From the NCBI RefSeq assembly GCF_037042905.1, contig NC_087252.1, positions 10,912,001 through 10,976,000 of the forward strand: a stretch of DNA of 64,000 bases. Reading direction: 5' to 3'. The notes beneath the pieces are model-generated. The model was given only the letters and a program-made list of their open reading frames with translations. It did not search any database and was not told where the DNA came from. This document shows positions 1 to 12,300 of this stretch, in pieces (positions within the stretch are counted from its first letter, which is position 1; every line of letters begins with the position of its first letter). A program made the position numbers and the translations under genes. The DNA is from Lytechinus pictus (lineage: Eukaryota).

Positions 1-90
1 GTGCTGAGAAAGACAATGGACATTACTATTGTAAAAGGTTGAGAGTAGCTTTACAATAACTTGGTTGAATTTATCAAGAACAATACTAAC

Positions 91-309
91 CTTTGAAAGT
101 GACCTCTGGCGTAGCAGTGTCCGATCCCTCCGTGCAGTAATACCCTGCTTCACAATCTCCCGTTACCATCGTTGAGTTGATCTCAGAACAGAACTTCCCT
201 GGTGAGCAGAGCGTACACTGAGTCTCGTTCGCCAGACCAGCCATGTTGGAGAAGGTACCCGTCGGGCAGGGCTGCCAGTCGTAACCGGTTCCAGCCGGAC
301 AGTAGAAGC
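91..309 (-). CDS. exon 50 (219 bp, 1-1); gene continues beyond position 1
   Basis: FYCPAGTGYDWQPCPTGTFSNMAGL...PEVTFK|gttagt. Confidence 0.87.
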
Positions 310-3300
310 CTGCAAGATGAAGAGAAGTTAGGAACAGGCATTAACCCATTGCCTGGTGGAATTGGGAGTCTCTGTACAATGCCTATGGGAATAACAGAAT
401 TCAGTACTCAATGGGTTAACTAGGCATTGTGGCACGCATCCGCAACTCAAGCTGAACGGGGGATGTTACAAACCGATGCAGAGGGTCAAGTTTCGAGCCC
501 TGGGAGGGGTTTCACAACGAGTTAAGTATGACTTAGAGTCATGCTTAAGTGCCAATGCGCAGATAATATGAACCTTATGGACTCATATGCAGTTGCATGC
601 GTCATCTTAGCATGATTTGACCAATGGAGTGATGCCTTGACAGCATGCAGCTTGGAATTAAAGTGTGACTCGAAATCACACCAGAGGGGGGGGGGGGGAC
701 CCCTGGTTACGGTATTTTGGATGGTGGCATTTAAGGTCAGTCCCAGACATAAGATAATCATGTCAGATTGATACACTTCTGTAAAACCTAAATCATACAC
801 ACACTCATTGTGAGCTTTAGAGCTTTTTGCATTTAGTAGTATTTTGGGAAGAAAAAAAGTAGGTTGCAGTGTAGAAGCATGGGAAAATCAATCTAACCCC
901 TAATCTTGAAGACATTCCTCAGCCATTATCCCGTTATACACAAGAAGCGAGCATGGTGAGTATTGCACTTTATGTGTGGTAGTGGTGTATCAACTTTTTA
1001 TCACAAACATTGTTTCAATGAATTTCAGCATTATGAGCAATGTGCAGAGCACCAACCTTAATTATGACAAAATTATATTCTTTATATATTTTTATCCTAT
1101 TTTGAAGCCTACAATCCGATTAATCTTTAAAATTGTGAAAACATAGTAAAAATCATCATTCTTAGAAGTTTCAAAAATCTGTATTCCTGGGGGATAAATC
1201 CTATTTAGTGTCACTTTTCCTTTAAAAACCCTACTACATGTAGGTAGGAAAAATCCTACTAATAGGCAGCTCTGCATGTGGAATATTATCAAAGCTATAC
1301 ACTCACCGTGGGGACATTCCTCAGGTTCATATCCTGTCGTGCAGAAGAAGCGAGCTGGGCAGGTATCGCACTCAGAGCGATGGGTGGTGGTGGTGTAAGT
1401 CCCTGCCTCACATGGCAGCGGTGAAGTGGTTTCACCGGGGCAGTAATGTCCTTCAGTGCAAGGGTCCCCAGTGATGCCACCGTCTTCCGGCGTCGGAGTG
1501 GAGGAGTTGGACGAGCAGTAGTAGCTAGAAATTTTTAAAAAATTGTTGGAAATAACAAGTTTGATACAAACACTGGGGAGCATTTCACGAATTAAATAAT
1601 ATTCACTGATGATTGTCATAAGCTACTGAAATTCATGCATCTGATTGGCTCATATCCAAGTAGTCTGTGAAAATAACCATTTGTTTTATGAAAACACTCC
1701 CATAGGGATATGAACTTTAACGACGAAATGAGATAGCAGAAATTTTCCATAGTGTTTTATCATAGTGGGAGTGAATTTCCTATAAAACCCAAATAGTATT
1801 TGATATCATCAGCCTTGCATTGAAATTATCTTTAAGTACAAGAATTTCAATCTCCAATGTTCAAGCTGGCATTCAAACGATTGCCAATCTGCTTTAGCAC
1901 CCATGGCTAAATTTGGTTTATTCAAGAATGCAGAACAGAACCTAAACAGTTTTTAACCCAATGTATACAGGAATGGTGAGTTTCCTGTACAAATCCTATG
2001 GGGATCACAACTTTGAACAGTGCAGACTACTATCCTTGCAGTGTGACATTTAAAGGTTAAAGGTCATAGGCTGAAGGTTAAAGGTCTCACCCTGGATCAC
2101 ATGGTCCAGATGGCGCAGTGAGTCCTGTCCCGTTGCAATAGAATCCACCAGAACATGGGTAACAGTCGCTGGCCTTCTCGAGGCCAAGGCTATCAGACCA
2201 GGTCCCAACTGGACAGTTTTCGGGTGTAGGAGTACCTGATAGAACAGAATTGATTAAAATCGAGTTACATGGGGAAATGAAAGCAATGTAGTATTTCATA
2301 AGGAACAAGACCAAGACCAAGGCTATAGGACCAGGTCCTGATTGGACAGTGCTCAGGTGCAGGAGTACTTGAGGGAAGAAGAGTTTCACAATGAGCTACA
2401 GGGACGAGACCAGGAAGGTATTGTTTCATAAAGAAAACAATCCAATATCTAATAGCCCTCTCTAGACCAAGATTGTAAGACCAGGTCCTGATTGGGAAGT
2501 TCTCAGGAGCAGAAGCTGATGGAAAAAAAAATTGTAACTGTAAATGCAGGAATAAACTATCGTGGTTGTTTGCTGGCTATAAATTGGCTATAAAAACAAA
2601 CTAGGGTGGAGATACATAACTTTAATCACTTTTGTAGGATCTCACATTTCGAACATTATCAATGTCCTCATGCAAACAATAGAAATTACACAAACTAACG
2701 TTAGCTGCATCAATGTCAAAGATACTCACCTTCTACACAGTATTTTCCTGCTGGACACTCAACTCCTGTCACATCATCGTTGGGTGTGGCACTAGCCGAC
2801 GCCCCGATGCACCAGAACCCTGCAGCGCAGTTTCCCACCCAGTTGTCCTGGCCCGGCGTATCACAGAACTTGCCAGCGGGGCAATCCAAGCACTGGTCCT
2901 CCCTCTCGAGTCTCTCTGATGGGTTGTACTTCCCGGCGGGGCAGGGGTACTGGGTCTCGTACTCGGTGCCATTTAGGCAGTAATGGCCAACTGGACAGGG
3001 ATGGTTGGTGTAGTCGGATATGGGGGCATCGGCCACATCGCAGTAGTATCCTGCAAAATGATGATAATAACAAAACAAGTTACAACATCTGCAGATAGAA
3101 GATACATGTGTGGGCATAGCATTACAGATACATTCATAATAGAGTTTAAGGCTCAGAACGGTGTAAAGATAAGGAAAAGGGTTTGTTTAGTTTTGAAGGT
3201 TAGGTTGAACGTTTTACATGTATGTTTGTTTAACGCAACGATTATCCATCGGAGCAATTGTCGCTGGAGCAAATTTCATTGAACTGAATCATCACTATCA

Positions 3301-6300
3301 TTACCTCCATTGCAGATCTTGCATGATGATTGTCCAGTCTCGTCCTGGTAGGTCCCTGATTCACAAGCCGTCTCCGAAGGGCTTCCTTCCTCACAGTAAT
3401 ACCCTTCACCGCATGGGAACGGACTGCTGGAGGACTGACCAACTGGGCAGTAGTGGCCTAGACAATAATAAAAATGATTCAATCAATAACTGAATGAATG
3501 TTCATCTATGGTGGACATGTTGGTACATAAAGAATGGTTCCATATTATCTAAGGAGAGGGATGCAGACATAGTTTCTGTTTCATAAAGACTTGCTATCGT
3601 AACAAATGCACAATTTCTATAACAAATTTACCATCAGCCAATCAGAAAGAAGGATTTCAGTAGCTTTTAACTGTAATTGCAAAGTTGTTATTGTAACAAG
3701 TTTAATGAAACAGGCCCATAGAGTACATTGTCTAGAATAAGCTTGAATTTGAATTTCTGTTGTCTTTTGATGCACGTGTGACTGCTATAAAATTGTCACG
3801 TGTTGACATCACTGTTATCAACAATATCATTACCATTGGCACCACTGGCATCATCTTCCCCTCATCCTCCTCCTCATCACCACCATCACTATCATTACCA
3901 TCATCACTTTCTCTCACCTCCTCCTTTTCCTCTTCTTCATCGTCATCACCATTACCTTCACCACCATCATCATCATCATTACCATCATAATTTTTCTCTC
4001 AAACCTTCCTTCTCCTAGTCCTCTTCCTACTCCTCCTAATCATTTTCATGATATTCCTCATCAACAGCACTATTATAAAACACATATCACTTTCATACCT
4101 TAGAAAATAAGACTAATAATTTTTTTCATGGTATAAACTGATTGCATTAAATAATTGTATAACACAATTTGATAACATGAATAACTTTCAGACCACAACT
4201 AGACCAGGTCCTACCTGGGTCACACAGTCCAGTTGGTTCTGTTAGTCCAGGATCTTCACAGTAAGACCCTGCAGTACAGTCTGTACACTGTTCCTCTATC
4301 CTTAGACCAGTGCCGTTGGAATAGGTCCCAGATGGACACATGGGAGGGTTGGCTCCAGTTCCATTACCTTGAAATGAAAATGGAAATCCACAATTTATTG
4401 CTTGAAATAGAAATCTGAAACTGAAATACTGTTGTAGCCACTGTGCAGCGCCAGATCAACGTAGCTCTATTCCTTGAATCGTTGAACGCCAAACAGGGTA
4501 GCAGCAACTCCTAACCTTTAACCCTAAATCTCCCGGGGTATTTTGATTCTTGTCATTCCCGAGGGGGGCCATTATGGCCCCCCCCCCCCCTTAAGATCTC
4601 GGCCGCCAATCGCGCGAGCGACGCAAAAGTTTGCACGCTGGTACATGTAGTGTGTGATGTAATCTACAAGGCTGTATGGTAAAGTTTTCCAAAATAATGA
4701 GATTTTATTTTATACGAATTAATTATGCTAATTTATGCATAAATCATACTTTTTGCTCTAATTCACTAAATTAAGCTCCTAGAATGCTAATTTGTGGTAA
4801 AAATATTCTTTGTAGCATTCTTAACAATCGCAATTAAAAAAAATTCGGTTTGGAAATAAATTTCTTATGTATTTAATTGTTTGATGAATTTCTTATGTAT
4901 TTCTTTGTTTTTTTACTTTTTGTTTTTTAGTGTTTTTTTAATGGAAATCGTTCCAGACTTGATTCTGATCATAAACAAGGCAAAATTAATTAAGTTTAAT
5001 CAGTAAAAGTAGAAATAATGATACATTTATGAATTTTGGCTAAATACACAATTTGCATTGGATTTGTACATGAAATCACGTTTATGAGCAATTTTGGGTC
5101 TGACATGCTCTTACATAATGTTGCGTAATGTCATAACCGCGTACCCGGGCGTTACAAATTTGGTCTCACAATTTGCGCGAGACTTGAAAGTAAAAAGTCA
5201 GTGAGCGGCGAGGTCAAAAAATTTCGCGCAGCAGATATATTGCGAAAATTGTCGAGGGGGGGGCCATTATGGCCCCCCCCCCCCCCCCGGGAGAATTAGG
5301 GTTAAAATCTTTTGGTATGACGCGGCCAGGGTTTGAACTCCTGACCTCCCAGTTGAGAGGCGGACGCTCTAGCAACTGAGCCAACACATCTACAAAGATT
5401 TATAGATCAACATTTAAGTGCATATTCAGAAATCCAGTTTAACCAATAGTCTAAAATTGTGAGAAGCCAAAGGTGTCACAATATTGTTTACATTACATGT
5501 TCTTATTCTTACTGTATTCTTTCCTCTTGTTTTAAAGAAGAAAACTATTTCTGTTATCATCCCAAACAGCTGTTAATTAATTGATTGTGAAATGACCTGA
5601 TAAAAATGAACCTGTGTTGTAACAACATTTGTGTCACAATTTCCGATCTGTAGTTAAACAACATTAGACCCATGTTTAAAGTGAACAATAAACTCACCAC
5701 AGTATCTTCCTCTAGGGCATATATCACCAGTGATGCCATCGGTAGGATCTGGTCTCACTGCGGTGCTGATGCAGTAGAACCCTTCCATACACTTCCCAGC
5801 AACATCAGCTAGACCTACAAGTAAAGAGATATTTCACAAATATGTTTGTGTGAAATCAATACACCTTACAAACTCGCTTGAGTCTCGCTTGATTTTGCGA
5901 GCAATTAGGCAATATGATTTTTTTACTCCTAGGTGACCTTTGACCCCCAACATCTTTAAGAACACACGTTTGTGTAAAATCAATACACCTTACAGAGAAC
6001 TGAAATATGGTAAGCTTGTTCCAATTGCATTTAGCTTACTGAACCAATTTTCATTATGCAGTACATGATCCAACTTCCTAGCGTGTCTTCAGAGTTGTCT
6101 TCTTTGCAATTACCATAGAAGAAGCAACCAGAAGACCAACAGGACCACTCCCACTTCCATATCTTGTTGATGTAGTTGATACATAATACACAGATGTTGA
6201 TTAATATTTTCATTCAATTTCATTGTGCTGCTGCTTAAGATTGCTTAATGATTAGCCTTGATACAATTATACAACCTTTCTTCCAGGGAAAACCCCAAAC

Positions 6301-9300
6301 AGCTGCATTAGAGATTAAGTAATTTTTAAGTGTAAAGTATATTTTTTTTCTTTCTAATCAGTTAAATTCAGAAAATATATTTTTTATCTTAAACAAAATG
6401 AACTACAAGTACCTTCCACGTCGCAGTAGTTCCCTTCCGTGCATTCCTCCGGTTCAAACGATCCCCGTGGACAGTAATAACCGGGCTGACAGCGCCCTCC
6501 AGTGCTCAAGCTAGGACACAAACAATCACCGTCTGTGTAGTTGTCAAAGTCCATTGGTTTGGCCGTCCACGCCCCTTGTATGCAGAAATAGCCTGAAAGT
6601 AGACAAAGGCATTTTGAAACATTGCAAATAATAACAAATACAGATAGTATCAGAGGGATACCCATTCATAGATATCTACATGTAGGTAATAATAGAAACA
6701 AACCCTAGTTGTTTGATTTATCCTCCCGCAGCATGCTACAGAAATCAGTCATAAATTGGAAAATTAAAGAATTTATTTTATACGACATTCTGGTATTTGG
6801 AATATACATACATTCATGTAAAGTTCATTATAGCTGAATTTGAAGATGCTTTAGGTACTAATCGTACGACACTCACCAAAACAGCTTTTCAAAAAAAAAA
6901 ACAAGAATTTCAAATATGCATGGATGATATGGTGGTGGTGAATTTTTACCTGATTCCTATGAAGCCATGAATGCTTTTAAGCAAACACCCACAGGACTAA
7001 AGGCTTGTGGTCCTCTCCGGGGAACCTGGTAGTGATGAAAAATGCCTTACCAAAGGGCACTCACACACTACATGAATCCAGAACCTGAACCCTACACTTA
7101 ATCCACAGAATCATAATACAAATGTTTGGCATTTGCTTATGCCATATATTAGTAGACCGGCCAAAACGATTTTTTATACTTTGGACGGCAAAATTTGTTA
7201 ATGCTTGCTAATGCTTGGCATCCCAGCTAATAGTCTTGCAAAAATACCCAAAATAGCGTACGGCCGGATGCCAAGCGCAATTTTGCGTGAAACTGTCTTT
7301 TTTAGCGTAAAATCTGAAAGAATGTCGAAAATCACGTATTTTGATATTTTGACGGATTATTTTAATATTTTTGATTATCTTTGATATGCAATTATTTTTA
7401 TTCAGAGTTCCAAATTATAAGTCTCATAAATATGCATTTCAAATTTGAATATTACACACACACATATGGCACAGGGAAACATAAAACCGCGATTTCCTCA
7501 AAATAAAAGTTTGTGAAAACTATCAATAGTTTAAAGTTTTTTACGCAACTTAAATTCTTCGATTTAAAAGCGTTTCTCAATCGAATGTATAGTAAATGTC
7601 CTAATGCCACAAAAATCAAAAGAATTTTCAAGTAAGATGGAATATATCTCATTTTATGTTATCCGAAAGGAGACAATGTGCATTTTACCAGGCGCGCATT
7701 TTGAAAGAAAAATTGAAAATACCGTACATTATGTACATAATTACATGTATAAGTACAGGTGTACATACTAAAGCGAGTTTTTAATTACATGTATAAGTAC
7801 GTACTAAAGCGAGTTTTTAATTGAATAGCACAATTTGTCAATTCTTTGCATCCCAGCTCAAATTCTTGCGGAAATACTGAGGAATAACGTACGGGCGGAT
7901 GCCAAGTGCACTTTTGCGTGAAAGTATCATTTTTGCGTGAAATCTGAAAGAATGTCGAAAATCACGCATCTTGATATTTTGACGGATTATCATCATATTT
8001 TTGATTATCTTTGATATGAAATTATTTTCATTCAGAGTTTCAAATTATAAATCTACTAAATATGCATTTTAATTTGGAATATTACACACACATATATGGC
8101 AATATGAAATATAAAATCGTGATTTACTAAAAATAATAGTTTGTGAAAACTATCAATAGTATAATATTTGTGTTCCGCATCTCAATTTCGTCAATTTTAG
8201 CGCTAACCGAATAAATACATAATAATTGTTGTCATGGCACATAGTGAAAACAAATGTTGAAATAAGATGCAAGATATATCATTTTATGTTATATATGCGA
8301 AAGATAACAATGTACATTTATCGGATGCGCATTTCTGATAAAATACAAACAGCGCACAATATTACATCTATATTGCACATACTAATATTAATCAGTGCGA
8401 TACTCGTCAAGATAGTATATAGGATTATGTTTACTTTTGTAGAGTTCGATCTTCTTGCTATTTCCGCGAATTAATTGGTGCTGAACGTAAATCTACCTGT
8501 GGCGATATTCATAAATAGGTCTGATATTTAATTTGCCGTTACCATGGTAATATTAATTTTGTAGGAATATCTATATCCAAAATCATAGAAACAGTAGCGT
8601 ACCTATGATTTTCCACGGGGGGGGGGGGGGTGGGGGGCGGGGGCAAAACCGTCGGCCAAAAAATTTGACAAGCAAAAAGAAGTCTTCAAGCTCGTCAGGG
8701 GGGAGGCAAAAAAGGTCTTCAAGCTCGTTGGGGGGGGAGGGGCATGGATACGTCTTTTGCACGGGGACTCGTCAGGGGGGGGCAGACTGCCCCCTCTGCC
8801 CCCTGACGAGTAAAGGACTAAAGGAGCTGGGGGGGCAGGGGTACATCTCCTGCATGAGTTGTGACTCCCCCCCCCCAACGAGCTTGAAGACCTTCTTTTT
8901 TTTTTTTTTGAGTAAATCACGTTTTTTTTTTAAAGTCATATTGCCATATATGTATGTGTAATATTCCAAATTGAAATGCATATTTAGTAGATTTATAATT
9001 TGAAACTCTGAATAAAAATAATTCCATATCAAAGATAATCAAAAATATGACGATAATCCGTCAAAATATCAAAATGCGTGATTTTCGACAGTCTTTCAGA
9101 TTTCACGCAAAAAATGATACTTTCACGCAAAAGTGCACTTGGCATCCACCCGTACGTTATTCCTCAGTATTTCCGCAAGAATTTGAGCTGGGATACAAAG
9201 AATTGACAAATTGTGCTATTCAATTAAAAACTCGCTTTAGCATGTACTTATACATGTAATTAAAAACTCCCTTTAGTATGTACTTATAAATGTAATTATG

Positions 9301-12300
9301 TACATAATGTACGGTATTTTCAATTTTTCTTTCAAAATGCGCGCCTGGTAAAATGCACATTGTCTCCTTTCGGATAACATAAAATGAGATATATTCCATC
9401 TTACTTGAAAATTCTTTTAATTTTTGTGGCATTTGGACATTTACTATACATTCGATTGAGAAACGCTTTTAAATCGAAGAATTTAAGTTGCGTAAGAAAC
9501 TTTAAACTATTGATAGTTTTCACAAACTTTTATTTTGAGGAAATCGTGGTTTTATGTTTCCCTGTGCCATATGTGTGTGTGTAATATTCAAATTTGAAAT
9601 GCATATTTATGAGACTTATAATTTGAAACTCTGAATAAAAATAATTGCATATCAAAGATAATCAAAAATATTAAAATAATCCGTCAAAATATCAAAATGC
9701 GTGATTTTCGACATTCTTTCAGATTTTACGCTAAAAAAGACAGTTTCACGCAAATTTGTGCTTGGCATCCGGCCGTACGCTATTCCTGGGTATTTTTGCA
9801 AGACTTTTAGCTGGGATGCAAAGAATTGACAAATTGTGCTATTCAATTAAAAACTCACTTTAGTACGTACTTATACATGTAATTAAAAACTCGCTTTAGT
9901 ATGTACTTATACATGTAATTATGTACATAATGTACGGTATTTTCAATTTTTCTTTCAAAATGCGCGCCTGGTAAAATGCACATTGTCTCCTTTCGGATAA
10001 CATAAACTGAGATATATTCCATCTTACTTGAAAATTCTTTTAATTTTTGTGGCATTTGGACATTTACTATACATTCGATTGAGAAACGCTTTTAAATCGA
10101 AGAATTTAAGTTGCGTAAGAAACTTTAAACTATTGATAGTTTTCACAAACTTTTATTTTGAGGAAATCGCGGTTTTATGTTTCCCTGTGCCAAATGTGTG
10201 TGTGTAATATTCAAATTTAAAATGCATATTCATGAGATTTATAATTTGAAACTCTAAATAAAAATAATTTCATATCAAAGATAATTGAAAATATGATGAC
10301 AATCCGTCAAAATATCAAAATGCGTGATTTTCGACATTCTTTCAGTTAATACGCTAAAAATGACACTTTCACGCAAAATTGCGCTTGGCATCCGGCCGTA
10401 CGCTATTCCTGGGTATTTTTGCAAGACTTTTAGCTGGGATGCCAAGCATTAACAAATTTTGCCGTCGAATCCTTATCTAGAGCACTTTTTGACTTTTGGC
10501 CGGTCTACTATATTGCCAATTTGCAGATCACAAGGATCTCACCTTCGTCGCAGTCTCCGGTCACAGTGGTGTTTCCCTCATACGCGCAGTACTTCCCTGG
10601 ATCACAAATGGTACAATCCGACAGGGTCTGGCCATTCTCGTTGGGTCTGTAGGTTCCCTTGGGGCAGGGATATTGGTATGCATGCTCCGTACCTAAAGGA
10701 TGTATAAAAGTAGAATAATCTTAGAGAAATCGTTTGACAATACAAGGATGTTGAGTTTAAAAAAAACCTGTACCTTTATACGTGTTGTATTTCCATGTAT
10801 TATTCTATCTGGATGGAAAATCACGCTGAAGAAGAGAAAAAAAATCCAATTCATTCAGACACTTTCACGATATCGGTGATTAAAAATCATCATTTAAGTT
10901 CTCTGCTAAGGATAATGACTGTAACACATGTAGTATGTAGAATGCTACTGGGATGGTGTTTGTGTTACATTTTTATCTGTTTTAAGTGCTAATGATTTTT
11001 AGGTACATTGCTTTAGGGCTACATTTCTTCATTCCAGCAATTAAGCGAATGATTAGCTCAAAAATCTTCCTTGATTCCTGTCCGTCCTACATGTAACTGA
11101 ACAAAGTTAAAGAATCCCTTTAATAACAATATTGCTTATGGGTCCTGTGGTCCAGTGGTTTGAGCATTTAACTCATAATCGCCAGGTTGTGAGTTTGAAT
11201 CCTCACTCTGCCATTGTCTCTACTTTGATAAAAAAGGCCAGAGAGTAATATCTGTTGTCTATAACGTCAGCCACTTTGACTGATTAACCTAGACTTTATA
11301 TGTTCCTAGGTAATTGCTTATATACCAGCTTGGCGTCTACCAGCAAAATGCTGTCCTGCCAAGTTCCTACGGGAGTTACCATAAACAGAAACAGAAACAG
11401 AAACTTACCATTAGGGCAGTAATAACCAGCTGGGCAGTCATACGGCCTGAAGTTGGACACATTTCCAGGGCAGTACCAGCCGGCCGGGCAGGGCTGGCAT
11501 TCCGACTGTTGGGTGATCTCGTTGTAGGTTCCTGCTGGGCAGCCGATAGGTTCGCTGGACCCTTCTTCACAGTAGGTCCCCACTGGACATGGTGCCCCAG
11601 TGATATCATCTCCTGTGATCAGATGTAAGGGGTTCAGAAATGAAAATATTAAAGCCCATCTAAAACTTTGGTAAAGGCTCAATAATATGAAACATATTAT
11701 CTAACATAAGAATCATGGGTATCTTTCCCTGCCTTTCTTTTATTTTTTTGACCTGACAATTTTGTTGCGAGGAAAATGAGGAACATTTTAGGGAGAAAAC
11801 TCCCCAACATATATTGCAGGCGTATCTATTTTACCCACTGTGGGGGGGAATTCCCTAATTTGCAAAGCTGCCCTGTCCACTGAGATTACATTAATATTAG
11901 ATTTCATGTTTTTTTCATCATTTTCAGCTAATGTCAATTTGAAAGTAATCAACAACATTGCACAATATAATTTGTTACTTGAGCAGAGGATGAATTCCCA
12001 TCCCCCTCTTCTGTGTAAGTTTTTAACTTACCAAAATGTAATCCCGGTAATCCTATCCCAACATTTCTGAGCATGTTTATAACTCACCAGCATGTAGTCC
12101 ATTCCCACCTTTACTGTGTATATCTGTAATTCACCGACATGTAGTCCCGTCCCAACCTTTCCGTGTATGTTTGAAACTACATGTAGTCCCATCCCAACAT
12201 TTCTGTGTATGTCTGCAACTCACCGATAGGATTTGGATACGAGGATCCATAGTGACAGTAGAAACCCGGGTCGCATGGAGCCTGAGGTGCAGTCAGGTTG

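Noticed and set aside
7452-10055. Repeated 66-70 aa ORFs (MRYIPSYLK..., MPQKLKEF...) as a gene family or transposase
   Set aside because: Chance ORFs duplicated with the foldback arm units; no DDE or other motif.
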